From Eledone cirrhosa (Eukaryota), in the NCBI GenBank assembly GCA_964016885.1, contig OZ024742.1, positions 5,456,001 through 5,520,000 on the forward strand: 64,000 bases of DNA, read 5' to 3'. A model generated the notes under the pieces. It saw only the letters and a program-made list of their open reading frames with translations, made no database searches and was not told the DNA's origin. Below are positions 1-10,300 of this stretch, in pieces; the first letter of the stretch is position 1; every line of letters starts with the position of its first letter. Both the position numbers and the translations under genes were made by a program.

Positions 1-116
1 TTTATAATTTCTGATATTTGATTTAGGATTTTAATTTTTATTTCCAACTCTCACTCTTAACTTCCAACGTAAAACCATGATACCTAGAATAAGTTTATTT
101 TCCCTAATAAGGTGAT

Positions 117-580
117 GGTCAGTCGTGCCGGCAACGCTTAGTGAGGGCTAGTATTATGACCTGTAAAATCTAACACTCTCCCATCCCCTCTGGCTCTCGG
201 CTGACTGCCACAGCCGTGATGGGTAGCAGTAAAGTATGGTACAGGTTTTGGATGACAGGGTGAACTGACTAAGCAAATTTCATTGAAGTCTGCGGTGGCG
301 AATGGTCAACTTCCTTCGGACAGGCGCTTGCGCAGGCCGGTGGGGGTGAATTGGTACTCACAAGGGAGCGGATGAAAAACCCAAGAACACGCAATTCATC
401 CGTTCCCTTGTCGATCCAATTTGGATTGCCTCGGAAACATAACCTTATTATGTAACAAGCTGTCTGATGATGACACGACACTCGCACACAGAACAGTGTG
501 GTCAGTGTCGTCACTGAAATATATATCACAGCATTATTATTAAAGGACTTGAACATCTGAAACTACTTCGCTTTTCCTTA
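117..580 (+). mobile_element. Structured non-coding module ending in a hammerhead ribozyme; probable Penelope-like pLTR or retrozyme remnant
   Basis: Nested stems at 117-123/264-270, 159-165/240-246, 180-185/218-223 and 198-203/211-216. A 17-bp stem pairs 360-376 with 395-411. A hammerhead follows at 459-532, then ATTAAA (~539), and the module ends at a (CT)n(TA)n tract. The left boundary is uncertain. Confidence 0.5.
459..532 (+). ncRNA. Type I hammerhead ribozyme
   Basis: Stem I is GCTGT (459-463) with ACAGC (528-532). The core CTGATGA is at 464-470. A long stem II spans 471-515 (ACGACACT/AGTGTCGT and CACAC/GTGTG), followed by GAAA (516-519), a palindromic stem III TATATA (520-525) and TC. 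Predicted cleavage is after C527. Confidence 0.75.
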
Positions 581-581
581 T

Positions 582-615
<34 letters not shown>
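582..615. repeat. (CT)n(TA)n compound microsatellite
   Basis: Directly visible. Confidence 0.95.
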
Positions 616-654
616 GTTAAAAGAATAGAGGTGTAACACACAAGTTATTATATG

Positions 655-1101
655 TTGGTAAACGGAATAGAAAATGCTGACAAATTGTTCACAGTTGAAA
701 AATGGTTTAATTAGGAATAAAAGAGTATTAGTGATTGTATGGGTTAGTATTCAGTTGTGGTTTTAAGTTTTTAAGTTTTTACCGGTTGCGCATTTCTAAA
801 TGCTTTTCAAAAATAATTTTGAGATAGAGTGTCCGTGTTGTTTGCTCTGATCTGATTAGTTTTGGGAATTCTACCTGTTTTTATGTTAAAAAAGTGGCTC
901 CAGCGTTACTTTGGTGTTGCAAAAATTCTTGTGGTCAAAACAATTTTGATTGGTCGGTAGAGGTCATGTGAATGTAAAAAATTGATTTTGCGCCAAGACT
1001 GTTTTTATGTTAAAAAAGTGGCTCCAGCACTGTTTGGTGTTTGCAAAAATTCTTGTGGTCAAAACAATTTTGATTGGTCGGTAGAGGTCATGTGAATAAA
1101 A
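655..1101. repeat. Left arm of ~450-bp inverted repeat (partner ~2207-2654)
   Basis: TTGGTAAACGGAATAGAAAATGCTGAC... matches ...GTCAGCATTTTCTATTCCGTTTACCAA in reverse complement, near-identical throughout. Confidence 0.95.
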
Positions 1102-1120
1102 AATTGGTTTTGCGCCAAGA
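876..1120. repeat. Two tandem ~122-bp direct repeats inside the inverted-repeat arm
   Basis: CTGTTTTTATGTTAAAAAAGTGGCTCCAGC...TTTTGCGCCAAGA occurs at ~876 and ~999. Confidence 0.9.
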
Positions 1121-1147
1121 TTGAGAAATGACTCTTTCACAACAAAT

Positions 1148-1231
1148 ATGTGTGTGTGTGTGTAGTAGTAGTAAGGTGTTCGATGTTGTGATAATGGTTA
1201 GCAGGGATGTGTGTCAAATGGCTATTAAGAT

Positions 1232-1274
<43 letters not shown>

Positions 1275-1450
1275 GCAGAGTAATTCGTGGTAGCAGGGAT
1301 AGTCAGTAAGCATGTCAAAAGATATTTTTCAGCTTTTGTCTTATACGGAGAAGTGCGTGTGTGTGTGTGTGTGTGTGTATAAGTCTCTTTGTATGTTAAT
1401 GTACGCGTGTGTATGTGTGTGTGTATATGTGTGTGTGTGTGTTTGTGTGG
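1148..1450. repeat. (TG)n microsatellite tracts in the Penelope 3' region
   Basis: Runs at ~1148-1162, 1235-1267, 1357-1377 and ~1405-1450. Confidence 0.9.
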
Positions 1451-1596
1451 GTGGACCAGTATTTTTTCCCCCTGGTAAAATGGTGTACATTATTCGATTT
1501 TTTCAGTAAAATCGGTTCTCTTAATAGAACATCAAAAATCTTAACAATAAAAGGTGTGAAATGGTATTCACTACATATATATACACACACATATAT

Positions 1597-1638
<42 letters not shown>

Positions 1639-1768
1639 TATACACATATATTTTTCTGTGTTGCACCATAGAGCATGTGTGTTTACGTATGTCATTGTGT
1701 TTATATGTGGGTGGAGATGTGTGCTGATGTAGGTATGTATGTTAACGTGTGTATGTTGTGGGTTCGTC

Positions 1769-2206
1769 TTAGGGAGAAGTGTTTAGACAGGGTCCGTATT
1801 TGTTAATGAAGTAAGATTCCTTGCTGATGCGCTGGGTGTGGGTGGCATTATCTTTAAATTTGTAGAGGGGAAAGATTCTGAAGTTGGGATGATTTTGGGC
1901 GGCACAAGTATCAATGTGTTCACTCAGTGGTATTTTCCTGTATTCCTGTATTTTAATTTGGGATCTATGGACAGTCATGCGTTGGCGGAGGCTGTTTTTG
2001 GTCTGGCCTATGTATTGTTCTCGACAACCTGAGCAAGTTAATACATATATTAGATTTTCCGATGCACATGTGAAATTGTGTTTTACTATAAAACGTTGTC
2101 CATCTTTGAAATAGAATTCCGAACCCTCTATTAGGTTGATGCAAATGCCACAGTTGGGTTTATCGCATTTTTTTACTGTGGGTTTCGTTGTTGTGGTTGG
2201 CAGTAC
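1769..2206 (-). pseudogene. Penelope-type GIY-YIG endonuclease domain (C-terminal fragment of the PLE ORF)
   Basis: Manual in-frame extension upstream of ORF 1769-1978 gives KKCDKPNCGICINL...FTCASENLIYVLTCSGCREQYIGQTKNSLRQRMTVHR...RISKESYFINKYGPCLN. This contains the LIY..C..C..YIG motif, the conserved R and E, a terminal LN and an upstream CxxxxCxxC. Confidence 0.9.
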
Positions 2207-2649
2207 TTTTTATTCACATGACCTCTACCGACAAATCAAAATTGTTTTGACCACAAGAATTTTTGCAAACACCAAATAGCGCTGGAGCCACTTTTTTAAC
2301 ATAAAAACAGTCTTGGCGCAAAATCAATTTTTTACATTCACATGACCTCTACCGACCAATCAAAATTGTTTTGACCACAAGAATTTTTGCAACACCAAAG
2401 TAACGCTGGAGCCACTTTTTTAACATAAAAACAGGTAGAATTCCCAAAACTAATCAGATCAGAGCAAACAGCACGGACACTCTACTCAAAATTATTTTTG
2501 AAAAGCATTTAGAAATGCGCAACCGGTAAAAACTTAAAAACTTAAAACCACAACTGAATACTAACCCATACAATCACTAATACTCTTTTATTCCTAATTA
2601 AACCATTTTTCAACTGTGAACAATTTGTCAGCATTTTCTATTCCGTTTA

Positions 2650-2654
<5 letters not shown>
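2207..2654. repeat. Right arm of ~450-bp inverted repeat
   Basis: Reverse complement of ~655-1101; joins the GIY-YIG coding sequence at ~2206. Confidence 0.95.
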
Positions 2655-2684
<30 letters not shown>

Positions 2685-2699
2685 AGAGAGAGAGAGGGT

Positions 2700-3121
2700 A
2701 AAATTCCCGAGATCCTTCCCGAGATCCTTGAGCGGTCTCTATCCCTCATCATCGCCGCCATGTCCTGCGCCTCCAAGAGACCAATGTCTATCCTTAGCGC
2801 ATCAACATATGTCAACTCTTTTAGTGTTTCCATGTAGGGGCTCTTACAGGAGCACTGAATGCAGTGTCAACTCTGGATGTCGGAGAGCATGTCCAGCTAA
2901 CCTCAGTCACTTCTGTGTTACTTTCGAGCTGACTTTTGGGAGGCTCCCATACAGCTCTGAGTTTTTTATCCTCAGTGTATACTGATCAATCTTCAGAGCC
3001 ATCCTCAGCATTCTCGTGTAGCACCCATCCACCATCTGAGTGAGTTTCGTGGTCAGTGTCCAGACCCGTACAGTAGCTCAGACTCCACTGTAGCAACGAA
3101 GAGACGGATTTTCAGGTCTTT
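2700..3121 (-). mobile_element. Degenerate 3' fragment of an RTE-like non-LTR retrotransposon
   Basis: Manual translation gives LKIRLFVATVESELLYGS/WTLT...DGCYTRMLRMAL...LRLAGHALRHPE.../LTYVDALRIDIG, typical of the post-RT region. It has stops and frameshifts. Confidence 0.8.
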
Positions 3122-3363
3122 TTGTATGTATGTATGTTCTGGTTTTATAATTTCACAAAGTTTTACCAATAGAGAGAGAGTCGGTTTCTAACATAGACAC
3201 AAGACTCTCTCATTGAAATTTACACAACATCAACTAGGTAGATATGTATGTACGCATGCATGTGTAGATATGGATGTTATTGTATGTGTGGATGTGTATG
3301 TTTTGAGTTGTATGTGTGCATGTGTATATGCTTTGTATCTGTACATGTGTATATATGCAGCTA

Positions 3364-4194
3364 TTAGATGCAAAATTTTTGGAATGTTTTACATAATTTT
3401 ACTGTTCCATTAATGGATTGTACTTGTAATTTCCTAACTAGTTGTGTTGTTTCTGTTCCTGTGAAGCCTAGCTTCTCAAGATTTGTATTGAGGCAGTTAC
3501 TAACATATCCCAGTGCCCCAATAATCACAGGCATAAATCTGAAGGTGTAATCAGGGTGGAGTATCTGCAGATTTCTCATCAGTTCTGCATAAATATTCTC
3601 CTTTTTACTAATCTTTGATATTATATTGGCATCTGCTGGGCAGCTACTTTCCACTACTGTGCATGATTTCTTCTCCCTGTCCCATATCATAATATCTGGT
3701 CTGTTATGCCTGCATTTTATTGGGGTTTTTACTGGAACATTCCACCAGTACTCTTTCATATTATGTACATGGATGTCTTCCACATTGTTGTAGTTTTTAG
3801 TGTGTTTATTATCGGGGCTTTCTTTTTTACGAACTGCATTGTACAGTGTTTTGGCCACTACATCATCCCTCATAGGTAGATAGTACCCCGATGACGTCTT
3901 TGGACAGCTGCTGATGACATGGGTGATATCCTCGATGTTAGTTCTGCAGAGTATGCACTTGTTATCACATCTAGGCGTTTTGCCTGCATCCCTATCTCTT
4001 TTGTGAATCAGGTATTTCGTGCTAATCTCCTGTTCCTGGATTGCAAAAGCGTATCCTTCAAAGTGGGAGCCAATATAGCGGTTGTTGGTCCAAGATAGAC
4101 TACTTTCCTTATCTATATTACTCTCAATCTGGAGCTTCCTGGCAACATATCCATGCATGATTTTTTGCTGATAGGCATGCAGTTTTTCATCCAT
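3364..4194 (-). pseudogene. C-terminal CCHC zinc knuckle and restriction-like endonuclease of the LINE
   Basis: Motifs FAIQEQEI, CILC..ED..H..SSC, RDDVV (RHD/N-like), NRPDIMIWD...VVE.SCP, K.NIY.EL and PVIIGALG. Confidence 0.9.
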
Positions 4195-5414
4195 GGATTC
4201 ACTGCGATACTGCTGAGCAACATCCCTGGGTGTGAGTTTTTTTTATTATCACACAGGGAATATCTCTCAAGGAGTTCCTTCCCAACTCTCATGATCTTAG
4301 CTGTTTCGTGCAGATAGACTTGCTCGAGAAACGGGCTTCTACGCTTCGAGGTTCGTAGATGTTGTGGGAGAGATATGATGCGACATTCAAATGTTGTCTG
4401 GACTGATGTTAGGCCTCTGCCTCCCTGATTACGTTTCAAGTAAACGCGGTCTATGTCACTGTTGATGTGGAAGCTTCCAGTGTTGTTCAGTATTTTTCGA
4501 GTTCCAACATCAACTGCTCGGATTTCGTCTATCGTCCAATTGAGTATTCCAAACGTTGGTGTTAGGACAGGCACAGCAAACACATTGTGAGCCACTGTTT
4601 TGTTTTGCGCAGAGAGTTCCGATGACCAGATCTTTCTTAATCGGGTGTAGTATTCCCTGGTTGCGCGTTCTTTATTACAGATACCATTATAGGATATGTT
4701 CTCATCTATCCCCAGGTGTCTGTAGCAGTCCTCATCAGATATCAGTGAAACAGTTAGGCCATTGATGACAATGTTGCTAGATTGGGTTGTTGTTTTTCCC
4801 AGCTTTACAGTCATGTATGAGCATTTATCTTGGCCAAACTCCATTCCTATATCCTTTGAGAATGTTGTAACCATGTCAAAATTTTTCTTCATCCCATCCA
4901 TGTTCTTGGCATAGAGTTTCAGATCGTTCACAAAGAAATTATGGGTTAGGTTCTTATTTCTGTCCTCCTGTGAGCCAATGATGTATCCCTCACATTTCTT
5001 GAGCATAAAGGACAAGGGGTTTAATGACAAAATGAACAATATCACAGAGAGACTGTCCCCCTGAAATATACCCCTGCAATATTTTATTTTATCAGTGAAA
5101 ATAGAGTCCTCCCTCTCTGTCTTTAACCTTAGGATAGTAGCCCAAGAAGAAGACAGCTTCTCTATGGCTCTGACAATAATGTCTGGGACTTTAGCAAGTT
5201 GGAGGGCCTCTATCATCCAAGAGTGGGGAACAGAATCGAAAGCTTTCCTGTAGTCCAGCCAGACTGTAGTCATATTCTTCCTAAGTTGTCTCACCTCCGA
5301 CATCGCAGTTTTGTTGATTAGGAGTTGTTCAGCACATCCCCAAACCCCTTTCTTTCCAGCTGTTTGTTCATCTGTGATGATGTTATTATTTTCACAGTGA
5401 TCTTGGAGGAATAG
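4113..5414 (-). pseudogene. Reverse transcriptase domain, frameshifted near 4190-4240
   Basis: Motifs WLDYRKAFDSVPHSW and GIFQGDSLS. The catalytic motif reads FVND instead of (Y/F)xDD, and YRHLG replaces YKYLG. Confidence 0.9.
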
Positions 5415-5452
5415 GTATGTATGTATGTATGTATGTATGTATGTATGTATGT

Positions 5453-6059
5453 CCCATGGTCGGGTCGTTGGCGACTAAACTGGCAACCCCACCAAGGTTT
5501 CTTGGTGAGGAGGGTGACTTTGGACATCCTGCAGGACTAAAAACAAAACCTGGCAAAGGAGCTCTTAAGAGTCAATGGCCATCCAAAATCACCGGGAGAG
5601 ATGACCCCTTAGCCTTTGTCAAGGCAGAATTCTAAGAGAAGGAAAACTCTGATATAACACCTGCAACCCTGATGGTATCCAATGATGTTGACTTATTCTT
5701 CTTTTTGGTAAATATCATCTTGGTTAAGAGAGTGGGACTGGCTTTGTGCAGTGCCTTTGCTCACTATAAAAGCTTCACGGCACAGGCATTGCTTTATATC
5801 TGGAGATCTCTCTACACTTGTCGTCACATGGTACCAAAGGCCCAACACTATGTGTCAATAATTGTCACAGGTGTAGTGTTTGTACCAGAGTTTTCAAGTC
5901 GCTGGCTGGACTAAAAGTCACACTTGTTTAGCGCATCGGTAGGGGTTCTCCTACATGGATATAAAGTAGTGGCCGTACTCGAAAACGAGTTGGCAGCCAC
6001 CATGTATGTATGTATGTATGTATGTATGTATGTATGTATGTATGTATGTATGTATGTAT
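5453..6059 (+). mobile_element. Non-autonomous LINE-derived (RTE-like bipartite) element with (ATGT)n tail, longest copy
   Basis: About 550 bp. The 3' part encodes a C2H2 finger (CSVCTRVFKSLAGLKSHTCLAHR*) like those ending RTE-type ORFs, followed by a short UTR and (ATGT)n. It is preceded by (GTAT)n at 5415-5452. Confidence 0.65.
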
Positions 6060-7016
6060 CCGGGAGAGATGACCCCTTAGCCTTTGTCAAGGCAGAATTC
6101 TAGAAGGAAAACTCTGATATAACACCTGCAACCCTGATGGTATCCAATGACGTTGACTTGTTCTTCTTTTTGGTAAATATCATCTTGGTCAAGAGAGTGG
6201 GACTGGCTTTGTGCAGTGCCTTTGCTCACTATAAAAGCTTCACGGCACAGGCATTGCTTTATATCTGGAGATCTCTCTGCACTTGTCGTCACATGGTACC
6301 ATGGGCCCAGCACTATGTGTCAATAATTGTCACAAGTGTAGTGTTTGTACCAGAGTTTTCAAGTCGCTGGCTGGACTAAAAAACCACACTCGTTCAGCGC
6401 ATCGGTAGGGGTTCTCCTACATGGATATAAAGTAGTGGCCGTACTCGAAAATGAGTTGGCAGCCACCACCATGTATGTATGTATGTATGTATGTATGTAT
6501 GTATGTATGTATGTATGTATGTATGTATGTATGTATGTATCCGGGAGAGATGACCCCTTAGCCTTTGTCAAGGCAGAATTCTAGAAGGAAAACTCTGATA
6601 TAACACCTGCAACCCTGATGGTATCCAATGACGTTGACTTGTTCTTCTTTTTGGTAAATATCATCTTGGTCAAGAGAGTGGGACTGGCTTTGTGCAGTGC
6701 CTTTGCTCACTATAAAAGCTTCACGGCACAGGCATTGCTTTATATCTGGAGATCTCTCTGCACTTGTCGTCACATGGTACCATGGGCCCAGCACTATGTG
6801 TCAATAATTGTCACAAGTGTAGTGTTTGTACCAGAGTTTTCAAGTCGCTGGCTGGACTAAAAAACCACACTCGTTCAGCGCATCGGTAGGGGTTCTCCTA
6901 CATGGATATAAAGTAGTGGCCGTACTCGAAAATGAGTTGGCAGCCACCACCATGTATGTATGTATGTATGTATGTATGTATGTATGTATGTATGTATGTA
7001 TGTATGTATGTATGTG
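6060..7016 (+). mobile_element. Two identical 5'-truncated tandem copies of the same element (6060-6470, 6541-6951), each with an (ATGT)n tail
   Basis: Period is 481 bp. Both start CCGGGAGAGATGACCCC and share SNPs that distinguish them from the 5453 copy. Confidence 0.85.
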
Positions 7017-7119
7017 TGTGTATGTATACATATTTAGGCATATATATATATGTATATATATGTGTGTATATTTGTTCGTGTATGTGTATATATATATATA
7101 TGCGTTTACATGTATATGT

Positions 7120-7384
7120 TTAGGTTTGGATAAAAATACAGTTGACAGAATTTTAACAGACCACTTGCACATTTGAAATATTTGTACCCCTTCATTTGTG
7201 GAGCAAAAGGCGAATTTATTAGGATTTGTTAGATTGGCTCGAAATTGAGCCAAATATCTTGGATCAAGTTATTAAAGTTGAGGAATGCGGGAGGACGATA
7301 GAGAGAAAAAACGGACACTTGAGAAATGGCACACGAAAACCTATCGTCGTCAGAAGAAAGCGCGCATGAGCAAATCCAGTGATT
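7120..7384 (+). pseudogene. Mariner transposase remnant, cut by the satellite
   Basis: Manual translation gives LGLDKNTVDRILTDHL / DWLEIEPNILDQVIKVEEC / KKRTLEKWHTKTYRRQKKARMSKS. This resembles the mariner HTH2, the (I/V)TGDE region and the KKARMSKS motif. Confidence 0.7.
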
Positions 7385-10300
7385 AACTGTCCTGGAGGTA
7401 TAACTGTCTATCCTAGAGGTATAACTGTCTGTCCTGGAGGTATAACTGTCTGTCATGGAGGTATTAATGTCTATCCTGGAGGTATAACTGTCCTGGAGGT
7501 ATTGCTGTCCTGGAGGTATAACTGTCCTGGAGGTATTACTGTCCTGGAGGTATAACTGTCCTGGAGGTATTACTGTCCTGGAGGTATTACTGTCCAGAAG
7601 GGATAACTGTCCTGGAGGTATTACTGTCCTGGAGGTATTACTGTCCTGGAGATATAACTGTCCTGGAGGTATTACTGTCCTGGTGGTATTACTGTTCTGG
7701 AGGTATAACTGTCCTGTAGGTATAACTGTCTTGGAGCTATAAATGTCCTGGAGGTATTACTGTCCTGGAGGTATTGGTGTCCTGGAGGTATTACTGTCCT
7801 GGAGTATTACTGTCCTGGACTATTACTGTCCTGGAGGTATTACTGTCATGGCGGTATTACTGTCCTGGAGTATTGCTGTCCTGGAGGTATTACTGTCCTG
7901 CAGGTACAACTGTCCTGGAGGTATAACTGTGCTGGAGGTATAACTGTCCTAGAGGTATAACTGGCCTGGAGGTAAAACTGTGCTGGAGGTATAACTGTCC
8001 TAGAGGTATAACTGGCCTGGAGGTAAAACTGTGCTGGAGGTATAATTCTCTGTCCTGGACGTATAACTCTCCTGGATGTATAACTGTCTGTCCTGGAGAT
8101 ATTACTGTCCTGGAGGTATAACTGTGCTGGATGTATAATTGTGCTGGAGGTATAACTGTCTATCCTGGAGGTATAACAGTGCAGGAGGTATAACTCTCTG
8201 TCCTGGAGGTATAACGTCTGTCCTGGAGGTATAACTGTCCTGGAGGTATAACTGTTCTGGAGGTATAATTGTGCTGGAGGTATAACTCTCTGTCCTGGAG
8301 TTATAATTGTCCTGGAGGTATAAATCACCTGGAGGTATTACTGTCCTGGAGGTATTACTGTCCTGGAGGTGTAACTGTCCTGGGGGTATAACTGTCCTTG
8401 AGGTATTACTGTCCTGGAGGTATTACTGTCCTGGAGGTATTTACTGTGCTGGAGGTATAACTGTCCTTGAGGTATTACTGTCCTGGAGGTATTACTGTCC
8501 AGGAGGTATTTACTGTGCTGGAGGTATAACTGTCCTGGAGGTATTACTGTCCTGGAGATATTACTGTCCTGGAGGTATTACTGTCCTGGAGTATTACTGT
8601 CCTGGAGGTATTACTGTCTTGGAGGTATTACTGTCCTGGAGGTATAACTGTCCTGGAGGTATATATGTCCTGGAGGTATAATTCTCCTGGATGTATTACA
8701 GTTCTGGAGATATTACTGTCCTGGAGGTATTACTGTCCTAGAGTATTACTGTCCTGGAGGTATTACTGTTCTGGAGGTATAACTGTCCTGGCGGTATTAC
8801 TGTCCTGGAGGTATAACTGTCCTGGAGGTATTACTGTCCTGGAGGGATAACTGTCCTGGAGGTATTACTGTCCTGGAGGTATTACTCTCCTAGAGGTATT
8901 ACTGTCCTGGAGGTATTACTGTTCTGGAGGTATAACTGTCCTGGCGGTATTACTGTCCTGGAGGTATAACTGTCCTGGAGCTATTACTGTCCTGGAGGTA
9001 TAACTGCCCTGGAGGTATTACTGTCCTGGAGGAATTACTGTCCTGGAGGGATAACTGTCCTGGAGGTATTACTGTCCTGGAGGTATTACTCTCCTAGAGG
9101 TATTACTGTCCTGGAGGTATTACTATTTGTACTGGAGGTATAACTGTCCTGGAGGTATAACTGTCCTGGCGGTATAACTGTCCTGGAGGTATTACTGACT
9201 TGGAGGTATTACTGTCCTGGAGGTATTACTGTCCTGGAGGTATAACTTCCTGGAGCTATTACTGTCCTGGAGGTATAACTGTCCTGGAGGTATTACTGTC
9301 CTGGAGGTATAACTGTCCTGGAGGTATTACTGTCCTGGAGGTATAACTGTCCTGGAGCTATTACTGTCCTGGAGGTATAACTGTCCTGGAGGTATTACTG
9401 TCCTGGAGGTATAACTGTCCTGGAGGTATTACTGTCCTGGAGGTATAACTGTCCTGGAGCTATTACTGTCCTGGAGGTATAACTGTCCTGGAGGTATTAC
9501 TGTCCTGGAGGTATAACTGTCCTGGAGGTATTACTGTCCTGGAAGTATAACTGTCCTGGAGGTATAACTGTCCTGGAGGTATTACTGTCCTGGATGTATT
9601 ACTGTACTGGTGGTATAAGCGTCCTGTAGGTATAACTGTCCTGTAGGTATAACTGTCCTGGAGGTATTACTGACTTGGAGGTATTACTGTCCTGGAGGTA
9701 TAACTGTCCTGGAGGTATTACTGTCCAGGAGGTATAACTGTTTTGGAGGTTTTTCTGTCCTGGAGTTATTAGTGTCCTGGAGATATAACTGTCCTGGAGG
9801 TATTACTCTCCTGGATTTATTACTGTCCTAGTGGTATAAGCGTCCTGTAGGTATAACTGTCTTGTAGGTATTACTGTCCTGGAGGTATTACTGACTTGGA
9901 GGTATTACTGTCCTGGAGGTATAAATGTCCTGTACGTATTACTGTCCTGGAGGTATTACTCTCCTGGAGGTATTACTGGCCTGGAGGTATAACTGTTCCG
10001 GGGTATTATTGTCCTGGAGGTATAACTGTCTTGGAGGTATTACTGTCCTGGAGGTATTACTGTCCTGGAGGTATTACTGTCCTGGAAGTATAACTGTCCT
10101 GGAGGTATTACTGTCCTGGAGGTATAACTGTCCTGGAGGTATTACTGTCCTGGAAGTATAACTGTCCTGGAGGTATTACTGTCCTGGAAGTATAACTGTC
10201 CTGGAGGTATAACTGTCCTGGAGGTATAACTGTCTTGGAGGTATTACTGTCCTGGAGGTATTACTGTCCTGGAGGTATAACTGTCCTGGAGGTATTACTG

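Larger units (their letters stand above)
617..2654 (-). mobile_element. 5'-truncated Penelope-like retroelement with inverted terminal (pLTR) duplication
   Basis: A GIY-YIG endonuclease coding fragment lies at 1769-2206 (-). Segment ~655-1101 is the reverse complement of ~2207-2654. Both ends abut (TA)n tracts. Confidence 0.85.
3364..5414 (-). mobile_element. 5'-truncated R4/Dong-like non-LTR retrotransposon (RT plus restriction-like endonuclease)
   Basis: The RT and CCHC/PD-(D/E)xK regions lie in two overlapping frames. The RT frame stays open upstream of the ATG to ~5414 (FLQDHCENNNIITDEQTAGKKGVWGCAEQLLIN). Confidence 0.9.

Noticed and set aside
269-556. 95-aa minus-strand ORF
   Set aside because: It has no recognisable motif and is antisense to the hammerhead and structured region, which explains the sequence better.
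1312-1732. CV/YI/HT-rich ORFs (also the MYVC/HTYI ORFs at 5318-7253, 27040-27966 and 34013-34939)
   Set aside because: They are translations of (TG)n, (TA)n and (TATG)n microsatellites.
3570-4740. CTGATGA/TCATCAG heptamers inside the LINE (~3576, 3911, 4732)
   Set aside because: They lie within coding sequence, and I saw no accompanying hammerhead stems.
5672-6860. Repeated 80-aa ORF MVSNDVDL... as a multicopy gene
   Set aside because: It lies inside the retroposon copies, and the recognisable C2H2 motif is in a different frame.
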